Of a DNA stretch of 64,000 bases, positions 40,265 through 51,861 are shown in pieces. The first letter of the stretch is position 1, and each line of letters begins with the position of its first letter. This DNA is from Leucoraja erinacea (lineage: Eukaryota), in contig NW_026575913.1 in assembly GCF_028641065.1 (NCBI RefSeq), positions 124,001-188,000 of the forward strand. Reading direction: 5' to 3'. Below the pieces are notes generated by a model that saw only the letters and a list, made by a program, of their open reading frames with translations, did no database searches and was not told the origin of the DNA. A program made the translations under genes and the position numbers.

Positions 40265-41900
40265 TCTCAGTGTCGCAACGGTAGAGTTGCTGCCTATAGC
40301 AGCAGAAACTCAGGTCCATTCCGACTAATGGTGCTGTCTGTACGGTGTTTGTACGTTCTCCCTGTGTGTGGTGTTTTTCTCTGGGTGCTCCAGTTTTCTT
40401 CCACATCTCAAAGAAGTACAGGTTTTTAGGTTAATTCGCTTTGGTAAAATTGTAAATTGTCACTTGTCGTGGTATAGTACTAGTGTACGGGGAGTCAGCG
40501 AGGACTCAGTGGGCCGGAGGACCTGCTTCCGTGCTGCACCTCTGACGTCTAAACTCAAAATGTTAATTTCTATTCATTTTAATTTTCATCTCTTAACTAA
40601 AATCATTTCAATCAACCCAAACATGACTGTTTCTCCCTCACGACACCAGATTTAAATCTGCACTTTTAAAAAGGTTTATAATTTTGCTCGGATAGTGCTG
40701 AACTAATTCACTTTTTTAACAGAAGTTGCAACTCATAGCAGTGACCAGAGTAAGCAAGAGACATCAAATACATGAACACAAGAAACGAGAAGCAGGAATA
40801 GGCCCACAAGTCACTGGCGGACCTAGTCCAAACCAACGTTTTAGTCCATATTACTCATCCACTGATTGAGGCCACATTATTCTGCTCCCTTCTCCATCAA
40901 GTTTAGTTTAGTTTATTATTGTAATGTGTATACAAATACAGTGAAATACTATGTTTTGCATGCCATCCAGTCATAATACACCATACATGAGTGCAATGAT
41001 AGACAAGTAAGTGCAATGATTGCAGTGGGTCATTGTAGAGATCACAAGAACAATGATGTATTTGTTGGCCATGAGAAAAGTCTGTTCTACAGCTCAATTG
41101 GGTCATGACTGATCTACTCCTGACCAGAAGAGTCTGTAACCAATAACCCACAACTTCCCAAAGAAACAAATCCATCCTTCTCAGTAACATAATGAATCTA
41201 CACTCTGCAGTTGAAGATTCCCACCATTCGTTATCATCTGGGAGAAAATAAAACAATTTTCTCCTCAGTTTGAAACCTTGGCCTCCAAGGTCAAGTTTCC
41301 TTCATGAGGGGGAATATCAAGAACAGGAAGAAATAGAAGAGTGGTAGGCTATCAGCCCCATAGATAGTCACCAAACTTGTCCCACCATTCAATAAAATGA
41401 TCACTGATCAGTTGGCCTCGGCTCCTTAGTTTAGTTAGATTTAGAGGCACAGCATGGAAACAGGCGCTTAGGCCTGTCCTGGCCAGTGATCCCCACAAAC
41501 CAACACTGCCCTACATACACTTGGGGCTAATTAACCTGCAAACCTGTACGTCTTTGGTGTGTGGGAGGAAGCTGGAGCCCCCAGAGATAACCCACGCATG
41601 TCAAGGGGAGAACGTATAAACACCATACATACAACCCCCGTGGTCAGGCACTGTAGTAACTCTACTGCTGCACCTCCGTGCCACCTACACAGTTCTATCC
41701 TCTACACATGGGACAATTTACAGATGCCAATTAACCTACAAACCTGCAGGCCTTTGTAACTGGGAGGAAACCAAAGCACCATGGGAAAACCAATGTGGTC
41801 ACAGATAGAACATACAAAGTTGGTACAGTCAGCACCCTTAGTCAGGATCAAACCTGTCACAGGTACTGCAAGGAAGTAACTCTACTGCTGTGCCACCGTG
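40265..41900. mobile_element. V-SINE copies (~40265-40550 +, 41425-41685 -, 41690-41900 -)
   Basis: SINE consensus matches. Confidence 0.78.
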
Positions 41901-42839
41901 AGGCCCTTCTGTTTAAAATGTTGGTTGCAAGTTCTAACTTTATTCATGAGGTTAATCGTCAAGAACACGAGAAAAAATAACAGGAGTAGACTAAGAAGTA
42001 GTTACATTACCCCTTAACTCTCAATTGCTTGAATCTTTCAAAGATTTCTCTATCTGTTCTTAAACATATTTAATGCCTTGGTCACCACAACCTCTGGGCA
42101 GAGAATTCCAGCGATTCATTCCCTCCTGAAAGAAGTAATTTTTATGTACCTCAGTTTTAAACAGCTGGTCCCTTATTCTGTAGTTGTTTCCCATTGACTT
42201 TAGACTTTCCCACCAGTGAAACATCTCAACTTCTATCATGAAAAGCCCCTTAAGATATTGCATGTGTGAATAAGGTCACTCATCACTTTCAACACTCCTA
42301 GGAATGCAGACCTGTCTTGATGGGACAACCTTTTCATCTCTTGACTTAGTTTGGTGAATTTCATCTGGTCTGCATCCAATGCTCCTATACCCTTTTAATG
42401 TTAAAACTGTGTGGGGTATTCCAGTTATTGACTCGCTATCATCCTGCATAATTCCAATATAACCTCTATTTCTTAAATTTCATCCCCTTTGCAGTAAAGA
42501 CTGCATTTATTCCATTGGTTATTGGGCCTGCTGCTAACTTATTTTGATGCATGCACTTGAATACCAAGATCCCAACTGAACCACTCATTTACAGTCTCAC
42601 TCCATTTAGACAATAATCCACCATTTAAGGTTTAGCTTGAGGTTTGTTATTATGATGTGTACCAAGGTACGGTGAAAAGCACTGTTTTTACTGCTGTATA
42701 CATAAATACAACCAAGGCAAACGCAAGTACAATATGCAGACTGAAGGATAAGGTACAGAGTGAAGAAAATAGCTCTCAACATTATTGTTCAACAATTCCA
42801 GAGAAAAAATCCAAAGGTCATATTCTTAAAAGGAGAATC

Positions 42840-43554
42840 TATAGCAAATGGAATGGCAGGGCGTAGTTGCCTGGAAATGTAATTATGTTTCAGATAACGC
42901 ACCATTCTTGTGCTGCTAACTGCTCCTAATGTTCTTTTATGATTCAGGAGACCCATAAATCCAATCGCCTATCCTGACTTGAATCATTACAATGCAGAAC
43001 AAAAGCAAGAAACCAAACACTGTCCACAGCTGGTAGAGCTGCTGCCTCACAGTACCAGCGACCAGCGTTAGATCATCACCTCTGGTATTATCTGTAGATT
43101 CTCTTTAAGAAAGAACTGCAGATGCTGAAAAATCGAATGTAGACACAAATGCTGGAGAAACTCAGTGGGTGAGGCAGCATCTATGGAGTGAAGGAATAGG
43201 CGACGTTTCGGGTCGGGGCCCTCCAAGAAGGGTCTTCTTCGTTCTTTCTGTGACCACTGTGTTCTTCCCGAGTACTCTGGTTTTCTCCCACATTCCTCAG
43301 ATGTGTGGGTTTGTCAGTTAATTGACCTCTGTAAATTTTCCCTAGCGTATGCGGGGATTGGACAACATTGAACTAGTGTGAAGGGGTGACTGATGGTCAG
43401 CATGATGGGCTGAAGGGCCTGTGTCCATGTTGTATCTTTCAACTCAAAATGGAATGATGTAAAGAAGTTATATTGGAAGCTAGGTTGGACATTGAAACTG
43501 TGCAGCGCATGGTGGTGAATATAGACGGCAATGGTGTCTACGAGTTTATCAAGG
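42840..43554 (+). repeat. ~715-bp local direct duplication, copy 2
   Basis: Near-identical to 39278-39997. Confidence 0.95.
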
Positions 43555-43624
43555 AAATTAAATGGAGTAATACTGCTCAGATGAAGGAGGCGTCCCGGAT
43601 GCAATCGTAGATGAGGCGGTGAAG

Positions 43625-43816
43625 ATAAGTATGAGGAGATGACCGAGAGCTGATTTCTTACCTCAACTGGGTTGAAGTCAGCACACACGATTACAATGGA
43701 ATCTCCCTTGTTGATGGATTTTATAACAATGTCGGCATTGTTGCTGAGAGAGTAGGCCTGTGCGTGCAGAAGTGACGAGATGCGTAAGTAGAGTAGAGAA
43801 TTCTACACGGTTCATT
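43625..43816 (-). mobile_element. Ancient Penelope-like fragment
   Basis: Translation NRVEFSTLLTH / LSNNADIVIKSINKGDSIVIVCADFNPVEVRNQLSVISSYL aligns to NRLNFSTPLSH...LRNNPDLVIKPADKGGVVVVWRADLYKAEATRQLSDTSSYL of the intact copy. Confidence 0.75.
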
Positions 43817-44372
43817 TCGTGCCCGCATTTGGAAATAAAAAGGTGCAGGTAAGGCACACAGGACTGAACCGTTTCGGCTCAAAACAAAGAAACATAACGC
43901 TGAATAACTCGGGGGACGAGGCAGCATTCCTGGAGAACATGGTATGGCGATGTTTCGGGTCACAACAATTCTTTAGACTGAAGTTAAAAATTTGCTTATC
44001 CATGTTCTCCAGCGTCAATTTACTTCCGCATTTTGTCTCTCTCTTCGGTATAAACCGGGACAGACAGATCTTTACCATGAGATGCTGCTCGACCTGCTGA
44101 TTTATTCCACCACATTTGTCCTTTTTCGAAAACCAATACCTGCTCGTCTTTGGGTTAAAGTACAGCAACCTAAACTAAACTAATTTTACTTCGGAGTCAC
44201 GTGAGTGACTACGTGAGAACCCGCTCAGTGCGCAGGCGCGGCATTACGCCAGCAGTGCAACAGCGGCGGCAGCTGGAGTCAGGCTCCCCAGCTGCACTTT
44301 AAAAACGGACCGTCAGGTAAGTATACGGTGCGTGTGGAACTAACGTAGTTGGAGTTGTGTTTGCCTTACAGA

Positions 44373-45617
44373 ATGTCGACACAACATAGAAAACTCTCAA
44401 AGAGAACTGCCCCGGTTTCAACTCCACCAGAGGAGCGTTCCATTCCAGCGGGGCAGCAACCGGCGGCAGCGTCACTCTCAGAGCGTTTCGCTATCCCCGA
44501 GACCGAGCCAAGCCCAGTCTCGCCAAAGCCTGCACGGCGGACTGGGAAAGCGGCGAGGAAGTCCAACCGGCCGGTCATCTCCGATTCGTCAAAGGGGGAC
44601 ATGTCTCCACCAAAGCGGAGGAGAGACAGCCGCCTGAGCTGCATTCAGCAGCTCCTGGAGCAGGTGCTCCACCGGGACACGCAGCAAGAGCACTCCCGGG
44701 GAGGAAGGACAGGTACCTCCTCCACAGTGTCTTGTGCACTGCCCTCTGCTCCCTCAGTACTGGAGGCTAGCATTGGTGACCAGGGCTGGACTGGTCTGGA
44801 ACAGGGGCAGGCGGACGAATTCGGGAGTATGCCAGGGGTGCAGGAGCAGGAAGAGCTGTTGGGTGTGGTGGACCACTTTGTAGCAACCCCACGGGCTGGA
44901 GCACTGCTGGAACCAAGAATGGCGGCCAGCATCAACCATCTATCCAACAAACCATTACTGGAAAAGGTGCTCGCTGAGGTGCTAGAAAAACACACAGCAC
45001 CAGAAAACTGTGAGGCTCTCAAAGTAAAAAGTGTCAACAGCCAAATCTGGGGGCATGTGGGGGTCACACATCGGACCCAAGAACTCAAGCTACAGCGGAT
45101 CCTAAGGCTCCTGACGTCGGCCATCACAGCCTTTGCTCGTTCCATGGAGACCACGGAGATGAATACCTGCCAGCAGGATGTGCTGGCATTAATGTGTACC
45201 ACACAATTTGAGATCAACAATCTCCGGAGGGAAATCATAAGACCTGCCCTCAATCCCAAATTTGCTGGCTTGTGTAAAGCCCCAGCTGCGGAGACGGACG
45301 CGCTGCTATTTGGGAAAGATCTCAATAAAAAACTGAAGGAGATGGAGGAAGCATCATAAACCTTCGGCCTAATGAGGGCAGGCCCTGGGACGAGCAAACC
45401 AAGACCTCCAATACCCAAGCGGCAGCACCCCATGGCATCCACCAGTCGACGTCCGCAATATGGTACTGGTGAACGCTTGGGGTCCGCACATTATCCCCAA
45501 AGATCTTTTTTAGATCAGGGCCCGCAGCGGACCCCCTTGAAAATGTGCCTCCCCCCAACATCGCCAGCACGTCAGAACAGAACCTTCAGGAAAATGAAGA
45601 AACATAATCGCCAATAA
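44373..45617 (+). pseudogene. DIRS gag-like ORF (premature stop at 45357-45359)
   Basis: Long ORF ending LLFGKDL..LKE, continuing in the same frame to 45617; lies upstream of RT. Confidence 0.75.
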
Positions 45618-45619
45618 CC

Positions 45620-47281
45620 ATGGAGGTAGGTGGGTCTGGTTCCTACCAGCATATAGAGAATAAGGGTGCTTTACTAACAGGGGGGAGATTACACTTGTTT
45701 AAAGAAGCATGGGGTATGGTCATGAGTGACAAGTATATATTCAACAGCATTAGTGGATATAAAATTCAGTTTATATCTGAAAAAACGCCGCCAGTTCAAC
45801 ATTGGCCCCAAAGGGTATTTTCTCCCTCCGTCAAAGAGCAACGGGAGGGACAAGCTGAACTTGTGAGACATATCACAAAGGGGGTCATAGAAAAGACCAA
45901 ACATGAACCCTTGGAATTTGTATCCAATATATTCACCAAAACCAAAAAAGATGGTGGATGTCGCATCATCATTGACTTAACATCACTAAACAAATTCGTT
46001 AAGTATATACATTTCAAAATGGAAACATTTGTTACTGCTAGACAACTGATTTCCATAGGATACTACATGGCAAGCATTGATCTCAAAGATGCTTACTATC
46101 TAATACCCATACACAAGGATCATAGCAGATACCTAAAAATTATCTGGATGGGGCAGCTGTGGCAGTACAAAGCATTGCCTAATGGGCTCACTTCACCCCC
46201 AAGATTATTCACAAAAATATTGAAGCCAGCCATGGCAAAACTAAGGAAACAAAAACATATTGTCATGGCATATTTGGATGACATCCTCGTAGTGGGGAAA
46301 ACAATGGAACTGGCTGTGGCAGCAGTCTCAGCTACAAAACAGCTCCTTGAAACTCTGGGGTTCGTCCTACATCCAGATAAATCCAAGTTAAATCCATCCA
46401 CTATCATGGACTAGCTGGGTTTCACAATTAACTCAGTCAATATGACTGTTACCCTGCCAAGGGAGAAAATGATTGGATTAGCACAATCATGCAATAATTT
46501 AATGGTCAACAAAAGACCAACTATTCGACAAGTAGCAACAGTGATTGGTAAAATGGTAGCAGCATTTCGAGCTACACAATTTGAACCTTTGCACTATCAA
46601 AATTTACAAAGAGCAAAGGTACAGGCACTAAAACGACATAGAGGTCACTATGATCGTGTCATGATATTACCCACGGAAGCAATATCAGAGCTACAGTGGT
46701 GGACACAAAATGTTTGGCATAGTTTCAGTCCTATTATCATCACTAACCCTAATTTAGTTCTTCAGACAGATTCCAGTGCTCAAGGCTGGGGAGCAACTAA
46801 CTCCATATCCAGCACAGGTGGTAGATGGACTAACCCAGAGTCATCATTACTATCTACACTGGGCATTAACTGTTTAGAAATGTTGGGCGCCTTTTATGGT
46901 TTAAAAGCATATGCATGCAATATGCAGCACTTGCATGTTCGGTTACAAATTGATAATACTTATGGCTTATATTAACCATATGGGTGGCATAAAATCTTTA
47001 TCATGTGACAAATTGGTCAATATGATTTGGCAATGGTGTGTCGAAAGACATATTTGGTTTTCAGCTACCTATCTACCAGGTAAGCTAAACACAGTGGCAG
47101 ACACCAGGTCACGCAGATTCAATGACAACATCGAATGGATGTTAAACCCTAAAGTATTTGCTAAAGTTATCAAGCAATATGGAATGCCAGATATCGATTT
47201 ATTTGCATCAAGACTAAATCACCAGTTACCTATGTATGTCGCTTGGGAAGCAGACCCAGAGGCAGCAGCGGTAGATGCGTT
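45620..47281 (+). pseudogene. DIRS pol (RT-RNase H-MT); stop at 46412, frameshift ~46960, truncated
   Basis: ORFs 45620-46414, 46442-46975 and 46911-47281 are collinear with DIRS pol motifs. Confidence 0.88.
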
Positions 47282-47800
47282 GAGGAACATAATGAATAAA
47301 ATGGGTACAACTGGGGTTAAAATGGTTTCGATCACCGAAAGTGCTGCCCATATCGGTGTGGTGTAGACGTCTGATGTTATCCAACAGTACCAAGCCACTT
47401 TGTCAATATTGTATAACGGTAACTAGGAAAATATACACTGGAATATTTTGAATAATACTTAAGATAAATGTTACTGCTATCACCACAGATGCAGTTTTCT
47501 CATTGCAATACTTTGCTCGTAAACTCTGATTACAAATAGTGATAAATCGATCGAAGGTGAAAGTCACCGTTAGCCAGACAGAGCAATCAATGGTATTACA
47601 ATTAAACAAAATACGCAGCCTACAAATGTGATATAGGTTGAGGAATGAAAACGGAAAATAGGCACCTGACATCTCAGAGAGAATTACCTCGAAGATCAGA
47701 ACCATTAAATCAGCCACGGCCATGGATACCAGATAGCGAGTGATACATTTGGAGAGACCACAATTTCTTCGGGAGAGAATAACGATTGCCAACAGGTTAG
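47276..47800 (-). pseudogene. GPR139-like class A GPCR, exon 2 (TM1 end to TM5), frameshifted at ~47415-47435 and truncated after TM5
   Basis: Acceptor tcttcttcag|CT AAC; ANLLAIVILSR..CGLSKCITRYLVSMAVADLMV, FTFDRFITIC, YCNEKTA; after a +1 shift PLYNIDKVAWYC...ILTPVVPILFIMFLNA. Confidence 0.88.
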
Positions 47801-48224
47801 CTGAAGAAGAGACGAAATTAAAATCGTCGTCTTTTATTGTTCCAGACAATGTTAGTTTAACACTTCTTCGAACGCAAATGAGTGGATTATTTGATTCTGT
47901 ATCTCGCATCGAGATGATAGGCATATATGTGTCCGGTAAGAGGAATGCCCACCCTCATATTCCTCGGTATCGGTCGCAGATTAATTTCAGGTTCGCAGAT
48001 GAATGCAGATTTAGCATCCAAATAACGCCCATTCCCGACCCCATTTGCTTTATAAGGATTACAATTTTGATTACCATTTTCCCTAAAAACAAATGGAAAG
48101 CAGTAACCTTTTCCTGATAGCTCCATCGTCGGAGATTCGATACTTATTACTGGAGTTGGTTATGTGGAGTTTGTACCTTTACCACGTGGTCAAGTTGGTA
48201 TGCCTGCGTGAATGATTGATTGGT

Positions 48225-48480
48225 GTAATGCCTTCCCTTACCTTCAATGCCTTGCCTTGCTTTCCATGCCCTGCCTTGCCACCGTTCAATGCCTTGCCGT
48301 GCCTTCAATTAATTGCATTCAATGTCATGCCACCAATGACTTGCCTTCCATTTAATGTATTGCCTTCAATACCTTTCCTTACGTTGTCGTCAACGCCTAG
48401 ACATCAACGCCTGCCTTGTTTAGCGTTCAATGCCTTGCCTTACATTGCCCTGCCTTGTCTTGTCTTTGATAGATTGCCTG
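48225..48480 (+). repeat. Degenerate (TTCAATGCCTTGCC)-like simple repeat
   Basis: Recurrent TTGCC / TTCAATGCC units. Confidence 0.75.
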
Positions 48481-48689
48481 ATTGAAACAGCATGGCAACA
48501 GCCCTGCGGCACACCGAGGCATGCTGATCATTTATCACCCATTCACACTAGTTCCATTTCTCCCAACAATCGCATCCACTGGTTGTTGGAGGACGCTGGA
48601 GCACCGGTGACTTATGGAGGATTAATCAACGTGGTTCCAAGCAGAAAGTACGAACCACCCAGGCACCCGCCGATGTCAGGATCAGATCC

Positions 48690-51495
48690 GGGTCGAAAAC
48701 TAAGGGAGGGGGGGAGGAGGGCATAGAGCCAGAAGCACTGGACTCTTACCATCGGGTCCGTTGACCCTCGCCACTCCACCTCCCTCCAACAACCCACAGC
48801 CGCCGCCTTACCTGGAGCCTGGACTCTCCACTGGGCCTGAAGCCCTCACGCTGCTTACTCCCACTCTCCTGGGCTTGACTCCACTGGGTCCTAGTGCCAG
48901 TCGAACCAGCCTGGTCTACCTCAGTGGCAGTTCGACTGAGTCTCCTCCCCCCACCCCCTCTAACTGTGTGGCCCCTGCTCTTCCCCACCCACACCACAGC
49001 CCTCTCACCCCCCCACCCCCTGACCACCCACCACCCCCCCCACCACACACCGCCTCGTCCCCACCTGCCTTCCTCCGGCCCCAACCCCCATCCCTGTCGG
49101 GTGTTCACCATCCCCCCCCGACCTCCCCCTCTCCAACACCGAACGGTCTGTCCTCAACAGAGGTCTTACCTTTGTCCCCCTCCGTCCCCACCTCAATGAA
49201 TTCCGCGCCCACCACGACTTGGAGCGCTTCTACCGTCGCCTCCGCCTCACAGCGTACTTCCATGGGAAGGAGTCCTCGCCCATCACTGATGACCCCTTTT
49301 CCCGTCTCCAACGCACCCCCTCCTCGTGGAACCCCCCTCGTGGCCAATTTCCGGCTTTAGAACTTTTTATCAATAACTGCCGTCGCGACATCAACCGCCT
49401 CAACTTCTCCACTCCCCTGTCTCACTCCAATCTCTCACCACATGAACGTTCTGCCATCGACTCACTCCGCAACAACCCAGATTTGGTTATCAAACCCGCT
49501 GACAAGGGAGGTGTCGTGGTAGTCTGGCGCGCCGATCTCTACAAAGCTGAGGCCACGCGCCAACTATCGGACACCTCCTCCTACTTACCTCTGGACCATG
49601 ACCCCACTGACGAGCACCAGGCCACCATCTCCAGCACCATCACCAACTTCATCCACTCCAATGCCCTACCTGACCGAGCCTCCAACCTCATCGTTCCCCA
49701 GCCCCGCACAGCCCGATTTTACCTTCTCCCTAAAATCCACAAACCTGACTGTCCCGGAAGACCCATTGTCTCCGCCTGTTCGTGCCCCACCGAACTCATT
49801 TCCAAATACCTTGACTCCATCCTATCACCCTTGGTTAAATCCCTCCCTACCTATGTTCAAGACACCTCAGACACTCTCCGTCGTCTCCGCGCATTCAATT
49901 CTCTAGGCCCTCACCCCCTCATCTTCACCATGGACGTCCAATCACTCTACACCTCCATCCCCCACCACGATGGTCTCATAGCCCTCCGGTTCTTCCTCGA
50001 CCAGAGAAGCAACCTATACCCAGCCACTGACACTCTCCTCCGCCTAGCGGAGCTGGTCCTTACCCTCAATAACTTCACGTTCGACTCCTCCCATTTCCTC
50101 CAATACAAGGCGTAGCTATGGGCACACGCATGGGCCCCAGCTGTGCCTGCCTATTTGTAGGTTACGTCGAGCAATCCCTGTTCAATACATACCAGGGCCC
50201 CATCCCCGACCTCTACCTCTGCTACATCGACGACTGCTTTGGTGCCACCTCCTGCACCCGCACACAACTGACTGACTTCATCCACTTCACCACTAACTTC
50301 CATCCGGCACTCAAATACACCTGGACCATTTCCGACACTTCCCTACCATTCCTTGACCTCACTATCTCCATTGCAGGTGATAGACTTCTGACCGACATAC
50401 ACTATAAACCCACTGACTCCCATGGCTATCTGGACTACACTTCTTCCCACCCTGCTTCCTGTAAGGACTCCATCCCCTACTCCCAATTCCTCCGTCTACG
50501 CCGCATCTGCTCCACGGATGAGGCGTTCCACACCAGGACATCTGAAATGTCCTCATTATTCAGGGAACGGGGGTTCCCCTCCTCCACCATAAATGAGGCT
50601 CGCACCAGGGTCTCTTCCATACCCCGCAACACTGCTCTCTCTCCCCATCCCCGCACTCGCAACAAGGGCCGAGTCCCCCTAGTCCTCACCTTTCACCCCA
50701 CCAGCCGTCACATACAAAAAGTAATCCTCCGTCAGTTTCGCCACCTCCAACGTGACCCCACCACTCGCCACATCTTCCCATCTCCCCCCATATCTGCCTT
50801 CCGCAAAGACCGCTCCCTCCATAACTCCCTTGTCAATTCTTCCCTTCCCTCTCGGTCCACCCCCTCCCCGGGCACTTTCCCTTGCAACCGCAAGAGATGC
50901 AACACTTGTCCCTTTACCTCCCCCCTCGACTCCGTTCAAGGACCCAAGTAATCGTTCCAGGTGCGACAGAGGTTTACCTGCATCTCTTCCAACCTCATCT
51001 ATTGCGTCCGCTGCTCTAGATGTCAGCAGATCTATATCGGTGAGACCAAGCGGAGGTTGGGCGATCGTTTTGCCGAACACCTCCGCTCGGTCCGCAATAA
51101 CCAAGCTGACCTCCCGGTGGCTCAGCACTTCAACTCCCCCTCCCACTCCGTCTCCGACCTCTCTGTCCTGGGTCTCCTCCATGGCCACAGCGAGCAGCAC
51201 CGGAAATTGGAGGAACAGCACCTCATATTCCGTTTGGGGAGTCTGCATCCCGGGGGCATGAACATCGAATTCTCCCAATTTTGTTAGTCCTTGCTGTCTC
51301 CTCCCCTTCCTCAGCCCCCCTGCTGTCTCCTCCCATCCCCCAGCCTTCGGGCTCCTCCTCCTTTTCCCTTTCTTGTCCCCACCCACCCCCGCCCCCGATC
51401 AGTCTGAAGAAGGGTTTCGGCCCGAAACGTTGCCTATTTCCTTCGCTCCATAGATGCTGCTGCACCCGCTGAGTTTCTCCAGCTTTTTTTGTGTA
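48690..51495 (+). mobile_element. Near-complete Penelope-like element (RT + GIY-YIG endonuclease) in the GPCR intron, antisense to the gene
   Basis: KPADKG, FYLLPKIHK, RPIVS, TMDVQSLYTSIP, MGT.MGP, YIDD, CNRKRCNTC, LIYCVRC..C..IYIGETKRRL..RF.EH; frameshift ~50105, stop 50949. Confidence 0.93.
51400..51436 (+). ncRNA. Minimal type I hammerhead-ribozyme-like motif at the Penelope 3' terminus
   Basis: CTGAAGA-A-GGGT(TTCG)GCCC-GAAA-CGTT: conserved core, helix II hairpin, palindromic ACGT in place of helix III; helix I pairing weak. Confidence 0.65.
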
Positions 51496-51791
51496 ACCAG
51501 CGGTGTTTTATAACTTTGTCGGCGCCCTTTACTCTTTGATGCGTGAGTATACAAAACAAGCCCTCTCACTGTAACATGCGACACGTTTCTGAACTAACCT
51601 AATCTAATCCAATCTAATCTAATCTACATGGCACTGAATTTACCATAGATTTTATTGAGTATCTTGGATTTTCGGTGTCAAGAATAGGATTAGTAACTCA
51701 AGCAAACAGTAATAGCAAAAAGTAATTTGTAATTAAATTACTAATAAAGTCTTGACGGCGAAATATCGGCAGAGAATAATAAAGGATTTAC

Positions 51792-51861
51792 CAGGAACAC
51801 CAATGATGACTAGGAGAGGGTAGAAAATGGTTGCTACCTGGTTGACAACTGGCCTTTCCAT
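51792..51861 (-). pseudogene. GPR139-like GPCR exon 1 (MERPVVNQVATIFYPLLVIIGVP)
   Basis: ATG at 51861; phase-1 donor CCTG|GTAAAT splices in frame to exon 2, giving the TM1 motif IIGVPANLL. Confidence 0.85.

Larger units (their letters stand above)
44184..47281 (+). mobile_element. DIRS1-like tyrosine-recombinase retrotransposon, 3'-truncated (gag, RT, RNase H, start of methyltransferase; YR missing)
   Basis: GGRL..F...W, CRIIIDL, SIDLKDAY, LPNGL, AYLDD (RT); QTDSS..GWG, INCLE, IDN, N.VAD..SR (RNase H); DIDLFASRLN.QL (DIRS MT domain); T-rich 5' terminus. Confidence 0.92.

Noticed and set aside
43555-43816. Apparent minus-strand exon with ATG and a GTAAGA donor upstream of the class I gene
   Set aside because: The translation aligns to Penelope ORF sequence on both sides of the 'donor'; it is a decayed TE.
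44645-45442. 265-aa antisense ORF within DIRS gag (and similar antisense ORFs over CR1/Penelope)
   Set aside because: No domain motifs; shadow ORFs of coding-strand codon bias.
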